DNA from: Acidimicrobiia bacterium
GTDB lineage: Bacteria; Actinomycetota; Acidimicrobiia; Acidimicrobiales; CATQHL01
Assembly (NCBI GenBank): GCA_021296415.1
Contig: JAGWAL010000013.1
Location: 12,158-74,116 of the forward strand
Direction of reading: 5' to 3'
Length of the DNA stretch: 61,959 bases
The notes under the pieces were generated by a model, which worked only from the letters and a program-made list of their open reading frames with translations, was not told the DNA's origin and made no database searches. This document shows, one piece after another, positions 46,830-59,393 of this stretch. Every line of letters begins with the position of its first letter. Within the stretch, counting starts at the first letter, position 1. The translations under genes and the position numbers were made by a program.

Positions 46830-48899
46830 CTACGGGGATGTCAGGAGTTGGTCGGTCCCGACGTAGACGAACTCCCACGGTTCGGGATCGGGCCCCTGGT
46901 TCTCGACCCCGGCGGGGTAGCTGGGTATGAAGCCGTGCATCTTGGCCTGGAGGAAATTGTCGGCGGCCAACCAGGCGTACGCGTCGGAATACTTGAATTG
47001 ATTGATCCCGTGCCGGGTGGTTGCCAGATCGACTGCATAGCCGGTCTGATGACGCGAATAGCCCGGCGGCGCGATGACTCGGAATGCTCTGAAGATCTTC
47101 TCGTCCGTGTACGGCGCCTCCAGGCGGTGGAACAGCAGCTGTCTCTGTAGACCGAACCCGCGGTACCCGGAATTCAGCACGATCGAGTGGCCGGCTTGTC
47201 GGGCGGCCTCGCGGAGAGCCCGGTAGGCGCGTGCCGCCTCGGGTTGCAGCAGCTCCTGCTCCACGACCTCCAAGTCGTCCAGGGAGGCAACCACCGGTTG
47301 CAGCCTGTATCCCCGTTCCTCGGCGATTCTCCGCATACGAGCATCGATCTGCTCGTCGGCGGTGATGGTGGGAGCGTCGGATATGCGCACCAGGTTTGAC
47401 AGCATCACCGAATCGAGCAGGTCCTTGAACTGTTGACTCGAGAAATGCGGCATTTCCGCTGCTGCTTGCGCGGTGGATCTCGAGGTGCTCTCCCGATGAT
47501 CGATGTCAAAGGGCGACGTTCCCCTGTGTCGTTCACAGTCGCCCTCGATGAGATCGTGGAGTCGGTCGACCCGCCAGCCCCCTTCGGCGGGCCGCGGCGC
47601 TCCGTTCTCGTCGAGCAGGTGCGGGTGGAAATCCCAGCCGGCGATCCGGTCGCCGACGAAGTCGAGTTGCAGCACGCCCGTCTCGCCCGTGATGCCCCAT
47701 CTCGGGTGCCAGACGAAGTTGCCCAGCGAAAAGGCAACCAACTTGCCGTCCACGAACTCGATCGACTGCAGGACGTGCGGATGGTGACCGATGACGGCGT
47801 CGGCGCCGGCGTCGAGCAGGATCCGGGCGTACTCCCGCTGATCAGCGCTGGGACAGGTGGCCACCTCGATGCCCCAGTGAACGACGGCTATCACCACGTC
47901 CGCCTCACCGGCGGCGATCCTCACACTCTCGAGCACGCGCTCGGGTTCGGCATCCGAGGCGATGCCCGGTGAGCCGGGCCCGGCGGGGAAACTCCACGGA
48001 ACGATCCTGGACACACCCACGAACGCCACCGTCACGGACTCATCGATCACCAGGAGGCGGTGCCGGAAGGCCTCGACGTCGTTGACCCCCGCCCCGAGGG
48101 CCACCACGCCGGCGTCCTCCAACGACGCGATCGTGTCGACCAGGGCGTCCGCGCCGTAGTCCTTGGCGTGGTTGTTGGCCAGATTGGCGACGTCGATGCC
48201 GGCGTCGGCAATCCGCTGCGCCGCCGACGGGGGGGCACGGAAGGTGAACTGCTTGTCGGTCGGCGTATCGCGATCCGTGATCGCCATCTCCACGTTCACG
48301 ACGGCGACGTCCCCCGAAGCCAGGGGCGGTTCGATGCCCTCGAACGGATCGATCCCGGCCGGCTCGGTGCGATCCATGAGCACATCCCCCGCCGACAGCA
48401 GCGTCCAGCGCGTCCCCGTCGTGGTTGCCGTCGTTTCGGCCGGTGTCACCGGCGAGCTGTTCAGCCAGCGTCCCGGCGTGGCGTCGCCGGCGACGAACCG
48501 TCTCGTGGGCAGTCGGCGCGTTCCCCACGTGCCATCGTCCCGCCGCTGTTGCAGCGCGAACTCCACGCTCCCCCCGTCGAGCCGCCGCGCGGAGGCGCGC
48601 ATCTGCATCCCGGCAATCGGCAGCGGCGAGCTGTTCAGCCAGCGTCCCGGCGTGGCGTCGCCGGCGACGAACCGTCTCGTCGGCAGCTGGCGCACTCTCC
48701 ACGTGCCATCGTCCCGCCGCTGTTGCAGCGCGAACTCCACGCTCCCCCCGTCGAGCCGCCGCGCGGAGATGCGCACCTGCAAGCTCTCGTCCTGATCCGC
48801 GGACGCCGCTGCGGCGGTGGCGAGAACGCCGGTTGCGACCATCGCGACCGCGAACACGGACAGCAGGAGCCGCTGTCCGATGTCAAGAGTCCGAGACAT
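46830..48899 (-). CDS. secreted multidomain protein: signal peptide, two tandem repeat modules of about 58 aa, CapA/PGA_cap metallophosphatase-like domain, C-terminal VanY/M15B D-Ala-D-Ala carboxypeptidase-like domain
   Basis: ORF 46830..48899. CapA-like region: VANLANNHAKDYG, VVHWGIE, GHHPHVLQ, SLGNFV. VanY-like region: SGYRGF..., PGYSRHQTGYAVDL, EPWEFVYVG. Confidence 0.75.
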   Translation of the reverse strand: MSRTLDIGQRLLLSVFAVAMVATGVLATAAAASADQDESLQVRISARRLDGGSVEFALQQRRDDGTWRVRQLPTRRFVAGDATPGRWLNSSPLPIAGMQMRASARRLDGGSVEFALQQRRDDGTWGTRRLPTRRFVAGDATPGRWLNSSPVTPAETTATTTGTRWTLLSAGDVLMDRTEPAGIDPFEGIEPPLASGDVAVVNVEMAITDRDTPTDKQFTFRAPPSAAQRIADAGIDVANLANNHAKDYGADALVDTIASLEDAGVVALGAGVNDVEAFRHRLLVIDESVTVAFVGVSRIVPWSFPAGPGSPGIASDAEPERVLESVRIAAGEADVVIAVVHWGIEVATCPSADQREYARILLDAGADAVIGHHPHVLQSIEFVDGKLVAFSLGNFVWHPRWGITGETGVLQLDFVGDRIAGWDFHPHLLDENGAPRPAEGGWRVDRLHDLIEGDCERHRGTSPFDIDHRESTSRSTAQAAAEMPHFSSQQFKDLLDSVMLSNLVRISDAPTITADEQIDARMRRIAEERGYRLQPVVASLDDLEVVEQELLQPEAARAYRALREAARQAGHSIVLNSGYRGFGLQRQLLFHRLEAPYTDEKIFRAFRVIAPPGYSRHQTGYAVDLATTRHGINQFKYSDAYAWLAADNFLQAKMHGFIPSYPAGVENQGPDPEPWEFVYVGTDQLLTSP
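48451..48770. repeat. in-frame tandem duplication inside the CapA-VanY gene (period 174 bp)
   Basis: 48451-48596 versus 48625-48770 differ at about 6 positions over about 146 nt by hand alignment. They encode ARRLDGGSVEFALQQRRDDGTW..R.LPTRRFVAGDATPGRWLNSSP twice. Confidence 0.9.
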
Positions 48900-49050
48900 T
48901 GTCGGGTCCAGGGGTTGGACGGTCGGGGTTTGCCGGTACCGGATGCTCGCCGATTCCTGTACGGGGCCGATGGGCCTCCGGCTGCGGAGCCCGGGCGCGG
49001 GGACGCCCGAGGCCGGCGCACGGGGCGATATCAGATGTCATCGGTGTCGT

Positions 49051-49075
49051 GGATCCCGGCCTTCGCCGCAACGAC
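49051..49075. repeat. REP-like element, degenerate copy
   Basis: ggatcccggccttcgccgcaacgac, between the CapA-VanY start and the coaBC stop. Confidence 0.55.
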
Positions 49076-49100
49076 CCCCCGAGGGGCCGCCGATGGGCTC

Positions 49101-50309
49101 TCAGCGTGCGGCGCGGAGGGCCACGACCCGGTCGAGGATTGCCCGGGCCACGTGGCGCTTGGAGGCGAGCGGGACGGTCGTGCAGCCACCGGCGGAGTCG
49201 AGGAGGGCCACCTCGTTGGTGTCGTGGTCGAAGCCGGCCCGGGGTGCCGAGACATCGTTGACCACGATGAGGTCGGCACCCTTGGCGTGCAGCTTGACCC
49301 GCGCGTTGGCCAGCACGTCGGAGGTCTCGGCGGCGAAGCCGACCAGGATCCCGGCGCCGGTGCCCCGACCCAGCGCGGCGAGGATGTCCGGTGTGGGTTC
49401 GAGGGTGATGGTGCGGGCCTCGCCGGTCTTCTTGATCTTCTCGGCAGCGGGCGCGGCGGGCCGGTAGTCGGCGACGGCGGCCGCCATGATCACCACGTCG
49501 GCGGGCAGCCGGTCCACGACGGCGGTGCGCATCTCCTCGGCCGTCTCGACCAGTACGAGATCCACGCTCGCCGGCAGCGGGCGCTGCACGGTGGCGACCA
49601 GTGTGACTTTGGCACCGCGGACCGCCGCCTCCGTGGCCACGGCGTAGCCCTGCTTGCCGGACGAGCGGTTACCGACGAACCGCACCGGGTCGATGGGTTC
49701 GCGGGTGCCGCCGGCGGTCACGAGGACGCGCAGTCCGGTCATGTCACCGGACGAGGCGGCGTCACCGATGGCCAACGCATCCGCCGCGGCGGCAAGGATC
49801 GGTTCGGGCGCCGCCAGGCGTCCGGCGCCCTCGTCACCGCCGGCGAGGCGGCCCTCCTCCGGCGGTACGACGATCACGCCGCGCCCGGCGAGGAGACGCA
49901 GGTTGTCCTGGGTCGCCGGGTGCTCCCACATCTCGGTGTGCATCGCCGGGCAGACCACGACCCGCGCCCGGGTGGCCAGGAGGGTGGCGCTCAGCAGGTC
50001 GTCGGCAAGTCCGGCCGCGTAGGCGCCGATCACGCGAGCGGTGGCCGGGCAAACCAGGATCAGATCGGCCTGCCGGCCCAGGGTGACGTGCGGGATCGGA
50101 TCGTCGTCGTCGAAGAGCGAGAGGCGGGCTCGTTCGGAGGCCAGCGCCGAGAACGTGACCTCGCCGACGAAGCGCTGTGCCGCCGCCGTCAGCACGGGGA
50201 CGACGTGAGCGCCGGCATCGACGAGACGCCGGCAGATCTCGACAGCCTTGTAGGCGGCGATCCCCCCGCTGACGGCGAGAACGATGCGACTCCCCGCGAA
50301 GGGGCTCAT
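49101..50309 (-). CDS. coaBC: bifunctional phosphopantothenoylcysteine decarboxylase / phosphopantothenate--cysteine ligase
   Basis: ORF 49101..50309, ...IVLAVSGGIAAYKA...PAMHTEMW...VTAGGTREPIDPVRFVGNRSSGKQG... Confidence 0.93.
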   Translation of the reverse strand: MSPFAGSRIVLAVSGGIAAYKAVEICRRLVDAGAHVVPVLTAAAQRFVGEVTFSALASERARLSLFDDDDPIPHVTLGRQADLILVCPATARVIGAYAAGLADDLLSATLLATRARVVVCPAMHTEMWEHPATQDNLRLLAGRGVIVVPPEEGRLAGGDEGAGRLAAPEPILAAAADALAIGDAASSGDMTGLRVLVTAGGTREPIDPVRFVGNRSSGKQGYAVATEAAVRGAKVTLVATVQRPLPASVDLVLVETAEEMRTAVVDRLPADVVIMAAAVADYRPAAPAAEKIKKTGEARTITLEPTPDILAALGRGTGAGILVGFAAETSDVLANARVKLHAKGADLIVVNDVSAPRAGFDHDTNEVALLDSAGGCTTVPLASKRHVARAILDRVVALRAAR

Positions 50310-50347
50310 GCGGCGCTCACAGTCGGCACACCGCGAATCCGGCGGCC

Positions 50348-50677
50348 TCAGCCGGCCTGGTCGGGCAACTCCGCGTCCAGCTCCAGCGTCGGCTCTTCGG
50401 GCTCCGGAGGATCCTGAACCGTGACCGCAACGATCTTGCCCTGCTCGATCTCCTGCAGGGCGATCGACAGCGGCTTCCGAGCCGTCGAGGAGACCTGCGG
50501 CGGGATCATCCGTCCGAGACCCTCGCCGAGTTGGCCGTAGTAGGAGTTGATCTGCCGGGCGCGCGTGGCGCCGAGTGCGACCAGCCGGAACTTGGAGTCG
50601 TCGGCCTTCTCGAGCAGCTCCTCCACCGGAGGATTGATCATGCTGTTGGTTTCATCGCCGAACTCGGGTCCCCGCAT
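50348..50677 (-). CDS. rpoZ: DNA-directed RNA polymerase subunit omega
   Basis: ORF 50348..50677, ...INPPVEELLEKADDSKFRLVALGATRARQIN... GGGGAG lies 5 nt upstream of the ATG at 50677. Confidence 0.9.
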   Translation of the reverse strand: MRGPEFGDETNSMINPPVEELLEKADDSKFRLVALGATRARQINSYYGQLGEGLGRMIPPQVSSTARKPLSIALQEIEQGKIVAVTVQDPPEPEEPTLELDAELPDQAG

Positions 50678-50793
50678 CGTCGCTCCCCAAACTGGTCGTC
50701 GAGTTAATCGTCAGGCGTGGCTCGCACCCACGGCACCGGTCTCGCATCGACCATGTTCCCGCCGCGCTGCAGCCACCGACTCGCTCCGACAGC

Positions 50794-51396
50794 CTACCGC
50801 TCGCCACCCGATTCACGGCCGGGTGCCGTCGTGCCCGCCACATCACGCCGGCGCCGGTGCTCGTCGATGATCCGCCCCATCTCGGCCACGGTCTCGTTCA
50901 GGTCGGCGTTCACGACGACGACGGCACCGAGGTCCCGGGCCGTCTCCCGCTCGCCGGGCCCGTAGGACAGGCGGGCCCGCACGTGGGCCTCACTGTCACC
51001 CCGAACGCGCAGCCGGTGCGCCTGATCGGAATCGGACGGCGCCTCGAGGAACAGCAGCAGCGCCTCCGGATGCCGGGCGCGCACCTGACGGGCCCCCTGG
51101 ACGTCGATCTCCAGGAGGATGTCACACCCCGGCGGCGGCTCGGGATGGGGCGTGCCGTAGCGGTACTCACCGAAGTCGGCCCACTCCAGGAAGTCCCCCG
51201 CGGCAATCGCCGCATCGAAGGTGGCGCGGCCCACGAAGTGGTAGGCGTCATCGGGCTCACCCACGCGCTGTGGCCGGGTGGTCCATGAGCGGCTGAGCCA
51301 GAGCCGATCGTCCTGGCCGACCAGCAGGCGCGCCAGAGTGCTCTTGCCGGACCCGCCCGGTCCGGAGAGAACGATCAGCAGGGGTGATGTTGTCAG
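50794..51396 (-). CDS. gmk: guanylate kinase (N-terminus inferred; no ATG/GTG/TTG available upstream of the P-loop)
   Basis: The ORF track starts at an internal GTG (51264). The frame stays open upstream and encodes LTTSPLLIVLSGPGGSGKSTLARLL... The in-frame stop is at 51421-51423. CTG at 51396 is the best candidate start. Confidence 0.8.
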   Translation of the reverse strand: MTTSPLLIVLSGPGGSGKSTLARLLVGQDDRLWLSRSWTTRPQRVGEPDDAYHFVGRATFDAAIAAGDFLEWADFGEYRYGTPHPEPPPGCDILLEIDVQGARQVRARHPEALLLFLEAPSDSDQAHRLRVRGDSEAHVRARLSYGPGERETARDLGAVVVVNADLNETVAEMGRIIDEHRRRRDVAGTTAPGRESGGER

Positions 51397-51437
51397 TCCC
51401 GATGCCCTCGAAGGCCGACGTCAGCCCTCGAAGGAAA

Positions 51438-51752
51438 CTACGGCAGCCTGGCCAGGAGTGCCTCGCGCTGCTTGACGCCGAGGCCTCGCAGCCGTCGCGT
51501 CTCGCTGATGTCGAGTTCCTCCATGAGCCTTCGGGCCGTCACCTTTCCAATTCGGGGCAGCGACTCCAGGACGGCCAATACCTTGGTGCCTCCGACCACA
51601 TCGTCGTCGGAGGCCAGGTCCAGCACATCGGACAGAGTCAGATCGCCCAGCTTCAGGCGGTCCTTCAAGTCCGCCCGCTGGCGGCGAACCGCCGCAGCCT
51701 TGGCCAGAGCCTCTTTCCGTTGTGCATCACTGAGTTGTGGGGGTAGGGGCAT
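51438..51752 (-). CDS. mihF: integration host factor MihF
   Basis: ATG 51752 within ORF 51438..52070: MPLPPQLSDAQRKEALAKAAAVRRQRADLK... Sits between pyrF and gmk, as in mycobacteria. Confidence 0.88.
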   Translation of the reverse strand: MPLPPQLSDAQRKEALAKAAAVRRQRADLKDRLKLGDLTLSDVLDLASDDDVVGGTKVLAVLESLPRIGKVTARRLMEELDISETRRLRGLGVKQREALLARLP

Positions 51753-51850
51753 GGCCGGGAACTGTAACCGTGTCGCAACCCGGATTGGCGCATTTCGGGG
51801 TGATCTGTGACGCGTGTGCCGGCGCGAGCCGGTGGTTCCCCTCGCCTCGC

Positions 51851-52519
51851 TCACCCGGACAGCAGCGCCGCAGCCGCCTCCGCAGGGTCCGCAGCCGCGG
51901 TCACGGGCCGTCCGATGACGAGGATGTCGGCACCTGTGGCGACCGCTGCCACCGGTGTCGCCACCCGCGACTGATCGTCGGCGGCCGCGCCCGGCGCACG
52001 GATCCCGGGGACGACACGCAGCAGGTCGGGCGCAGCCGCGACGATCGTCGGCAGGTCCGAGGCCGCGCACACCACACCGCCACAGCCGGCGGCGGCGGCA
52101 CGGCGCGCCCGCCGCTGCAAGACCTCCGGCGCAGCCTCGCGATCGCTGGTCAGCACACTGATCGCCAGAGCCAGCGGCGGGCCGGCTCCGGGCGGGCGGG
52201 GCGCGTTGACGAGTCCCTCGACGCCGGCTCGGAGCATGTCGGAGCCGCCGGCGGCGTGCATCGTCACGTAGCGCGCGCCGAGGCTGCCGAGGGCGCCTGC
52301 GGCGCGCCCCACGGTGTTCGGGATGTCGTGCAGCTTCAGATCCACGAACACGTCGAAACCCTCGTCACGCAGCGCCTGCACGGCCCGCGGGCCGACCGCG
52401 CCGAACAACTCCAGGCCCACCTTGGCGATGCCGAACCACGGATGCAGCGCCCGGGCCAGGATCACAGCCCGGTCCAGATCAGCGGTGTCCAGCGCCACAG
52501 CGCAGCGGGTGCGATCCAT
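51851..52519 (-). CDS. pyrF: orotidine 5'-phosphate decarboxylase
   Basis: ORF 51851..52519, ...VALDTADL...VFVDLKLHDIPNTV...LVIGRP... Confidence 0.92.
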   Translation of the reverse strand: MDRTRCAVALDTADLDRAVILARALHPWFGIAKVGLELFGAVGPRAVQALRDEGFDVFVDLKLHDIPNTVGRAAGALGSLGARYVTMHAAGGSDMLRAGVEGLVNAPRPPGAGPPLALAISVLTSDREAAPEVLQRRARRAAAAGCGGVVCAASDLPTIVAAAPDLLRVVPGIRAPGAAADDQSRVATPVAAVATGADILVIGRPVTAAADPAEAAAALLSG

Positions 52520-52583
52520 CGGCGTGCCGTTCAGGAAGCCCCTGCGGGCCGCCGACCCGCACGGTGCGCGACTTCGGACTCCA

Positions 52584-53539
52584 TCAGCCCGTCGCGCCGG
52601 TCGGGGAGCGGTGTGCCGCGCCGGTCAGGTTGCTCACCGCCGGCACGCCGCGGCGCCGGCACCACACGGCCACCTCCGCACACACCCTCTCGGCGGCCCG
52701 CGGGGAGGCGAACGTGGCGGTGCCGACCTGCACGGCCGACGCACCGGCCATCAGCATCTCGATGGCATCGACACCCGTCGCCACGCCACCGACGCCGACG
52801 ATGGGCAGATCCGCCAGCGCCGCACGGCACTCCCACACGGCCCGCACGGCCATGGGACGGATGGCGGGACCGGAGACTCCCCCCGCCCCGGCGCCCAGCA
52901 CGGGGCGCCGTTCGACGACGTCGATCACCAAACCGGGCACGGTGTTGATAAGCGTCACGGCCGAGGCACCCGCCTCCTGCGCAGCAGCCGCCACCGCGAC
53001 GACATCGGGAGTGACGAGGCTGAGCTTCGCCCAGCGCGGCAGGCCCGCCGCGGCCGCGGCCTCGACGGCGGCGGCCGTGGAGGTGGGTTTGCGGGCGAAG
53101 AGGTGCTCGCCGTCGTCGAGGTTGGGGCAGGAGACGTTGACCTCCAGCGCCAGGATTCCGGCCCGGTGCGGTGCCAGCAGCTCGGCGGCCCGGCGGTACT
53201 CGTCGAGGGTTCGCCCCCAGATGCTGGCCACGACCCGCACCCCCGCCGCCCGCAGCGCCGGCAACTGCTCGGCGGTCCACGCCGCAACTCCCGGTCCCTG
53301 GAGACCGACGCTGTTGATCATCCCGGCGGGCACGGCGTCCAGCCGGGGTGCCGGATTCCCGGGCCAGGGATCCGCCGAAAGCGACTTGACGACGACCGCG
53401 CCCGGCGCCGCCAGGTCCATCACGCCCGCCAGCTCCGTCCCGTAGCCCACCGTTCCCGAGGCGCACAGCACCGGGTTCGGCAGTTCGACGTCGCCCACCG
53501 AGACGCGCAGGTCGACGGCGCGCGCGGTGCGGCGCATCG

Positions 53540-53543
<4 letters not shown>
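52584..53543 (-). CDS. pyrD: dihydroorotate dehydrogenase, class 1 catalytic subunit
   Basis: ORF 52584..53543, ...[11 protein letters not shown]...LEVNVSCPN...VGVGGV... Confidence 0.9.
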
Positions 53544-56916
<3,373 letters not shown>

Positions 56917-56917
<1 letters not shown>

Positions 56918-58095
56918 CAGCCGTGAGCGGGCCCGGGGGCGCCGGGCTCGAGATCGCCATCGCCGCCGAATCCGGCCCCGTCCGGCTCGGAGCCGTGCAG
57001 TTCCCGCAGCCAGGTGTCGAAGTTGGCGAAGACGTAATCGCTGTCGTGCGGGCCGGGACCCGCCTCGGGGTGGTGCTGCACGCCGAAGGCCGGAACCTCG
57101 AGGCTGCGCAGGCCCTCCACGGTGCCGTCGTTGAGGTTGCGATGGGTGACCTCGACGCTGCCGGCGCCGCTGTCGGCGACGCTGAAATTGTGGTTCTGGC
57201 TGGTGATCTCGACGTCACCGCTGGCAAGGTGGCGCACCGGATGGTTGCCCCCGTGGTGCCCGAAGGGCAGCTTGAAGGTCTCGCCCCCCAGGGTTGCGGC
57301 GAGGAGTTGATGGCCGAGGCAGATCCCGAAGACGGGAACGGCGCCCAGCAATCCGCTGATCACGTCGCCGGCGCCCTGCACGGCCGCGGGATCGCCGGGT
57401 CCGTTGGACAGCAGCACCCCGTGCGGGCGGCGCGCCAGGATGCTCTTGGCCCCGAAGCAGGCGGGGACCACTTCGACGTGGGCGAACGCCGCCAGGCGGC
57501 GCAGCATCGAGGTCTTCACGCCGAAGTCGACGACGCTGACACGCCAGGGCGCCCGGCCGTCGGCACGAGTCGTCGACCAGTGGTAGGGACGGTCGCAGGT
57601 CACCGCGGCGACGAGGTCGACGCCGTCGGTTCCGGGCTCGGCCGCCGCGGCGGCGCGCAGGTCGGCCTCCGGTGCCGTGCCGAAGGCACCCACCATGGCT
57701 CCCGCCGAGCGGATGTGCCGGGTGAGACGGCGCGTGTCGATCCCCGTGAGACACGACAGGCCGTGGCGCACGAGGAAATGGTCCAGCCGGCCGTCGGCGC
57801 GCCAGTTGCTGGGCGTCGTCACCAGGTCACGCACCACGAGGCCCCGACAGAACGGCCGGCGGCTCTCGAAGTCGGCGCCGGTGACCCCGTAGTTACCGAT
57901 GTGGGGGTAGGTGAACGTGATGATCTGCCCGGCGTAGGACGGGTCGGTGAGAACCTCCTGGTAGCCGGTCATCACGGTGTTGAACACCACCTCACCGGCG
58001 GTGAGGGCGCCGGACTGGCGGGCACCCACCACGTCTCCCTCGAAGACCTCGCCGTCGGCCAGCACCAGCGCACCGGGGCGGCGGTCACCCGTCAC
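56917..58095 (-). CDS. carA: carbamoyl-phosphate synthase small subunit
   Basis: ORF 56917..58095 with GICLGHQLL and HHG..HPV motifs. Overlapping junctions with pyrC and carB. Confidence 0.95.
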
Positions 58096-59393
58096 CGCTG
58101 CGCCTCGCCGTCGATCACCACAGGCTCGCCGGCCACGAGCGTGTGGCGCACCCGGCCTCGGAGCCGGCGGCCGGCGTAGGGCGTGTTCCGGCTGCGGCTG
58201 GCACCGCCGGAGTCATCGACCGTCCAGACGGCCTCGGGATCGAAGACCAGCAGGTTCGCCGGGCGGCCCGCCGCCACGGGGCCGCCGTGGGTGTCGCCCA
58301 ACCCGGCGATGCGTGCCGGCTGCCAAGACAGCAACGCCAGGACGTCCGCCACGGGCATGTCGAGCTCGGTCAGGGCGAGGGCAAGCGCCGTCTCCAGGCC
58401 CAGCATGCCCGGCGGGGCCTGCTCGAACGGGCGGTCCTTGGCGTCCGCGGTGTGGGGCGCATGATCGGTGGCGATGGCATCCAGGACTCCGCCGGCGAGG
58501 GCGGCGCGCACCGCGGCAACATCCGGCTCGGGGCGCAGTGGCGGGTTCACCTTGAAGGTTGCGTCGTAGGAGGCGCAACACTCGTCGGTGAGCGTGAAGT
58601 GATGCGGGGCGACCTCGGCGGAGACGGCTACCCCGCTGCGGCGGGCCGCGTCGAGGATCGCCACGGAGCCGGCCGTGGAGAGGTGCTGGAAGTGCACCGG
58701 CACCCCGGTCAGGCGGCTGAGGGCCACGTCGCGCATCACCATGATCTCCTCGGCCTCGGCGGGTATCCCGGGGATGCCCAGCCGCGACGACCATTCCCCC
58801 TCGTGCATCTGCCCGCCGTCGGCCAGCGAGTCCACCTCGCAGTGCTGCGCCAGGCGCACGTCGAGGTCGGAGGCGTACTCGAGGGCTCGCCGCATGACCC
58901 CGTCGTCCTGCACGCCGTTCCCGTCGTCGGTGAAGATCCGCACGCCGAGCGCCGCCATCTCCGCCATCGGCGCCAGCCGCTCCCCCGCCCGGGCCACGGT
59001 GATGGCGCCTGCCACCTCCACGCGGCACAACGCCGCACGACCCAGTTCCTGCACCTCGCGCACCATCGCCGCCGAGTCGATGGCGGGGACGGTGTTGGGC
59101 ATCGCCACGACGGCGCAGAACCCGCCCAGCGCCGCGGCGCGGCTGCCGGACTCCACGGTCTCGGCCTGCTCGCCGCCGGGCTGGCGGAGGTGGGTGTGCA
59201 GGTCCACCAGGCCGGGGGCGACGATGCAGCCGCGCGCGTCGAGCGTGCGGCGGCCGAGGCCGGACCCTTCCGCCAGTCCCTCGCCGACCGCGGCGACGTG
59301 GCCGTCCGCCTCCACGATCACGTCGGCGACCCGCTCGCCCGTGGCGTCGATGACGGTGCCGCCGGCGACGACCAGCGCGGCCCGCTCAGTCAC
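58092..59393 (-). CDS. pyrC: dihydroorotase
   Basis: ORF 58092..59492, with likely GTG 59393 (8-nt overlap with the pyrB end), ...APGLVDLHTHLRQPG... Confidence 0.9.
   Translation of the reverse strand: MTERAALVVAGGTVIDATGERVADVIVEADGHVAAVGEGLAEGSGLGRRTLDARGCIVAPGLVDLHTHLRQPGGEQAETVESGSRAAALGGFCAVVAMPNTVPAIDSAAMVREVQELGRAALCRVEVAGAITVARAGERLAPMAEMAALGVRIFTDDGNGVQDDGVMRRALEYASDLDVRLAQHCEVDSLADGGQMHEGEWSSRLGIPGIPAEAEEIMVMRDVALSRLTGVPVHFQHLSTAGSVAILDAARRSGVAVSAEVAPHHFTLTDECCASYDATFKVNPPLRPEPDVAAVRAALAGGVLDAIATDHAPHTADAKDRPFEQAPPGMLGLETALALALTELDMPVADVLALLSWQPARIAGLGDTHGGPVAAGRPANLLVFDPEAVWTVDDSGGASRSRNTPYAGRRLRGRVRHTLVAGEPVVIDGEAQR

Noticed and set aside
13021-48899. Mobile genetic element or genomic island bounded by an integrase, transposase or tRNA.
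   Set aside because: No integrase, transposase, recombinase, tRNA or long terminal repeat was found in any frame at the block borders. The blocks are therefore described only as synteny interruptions.
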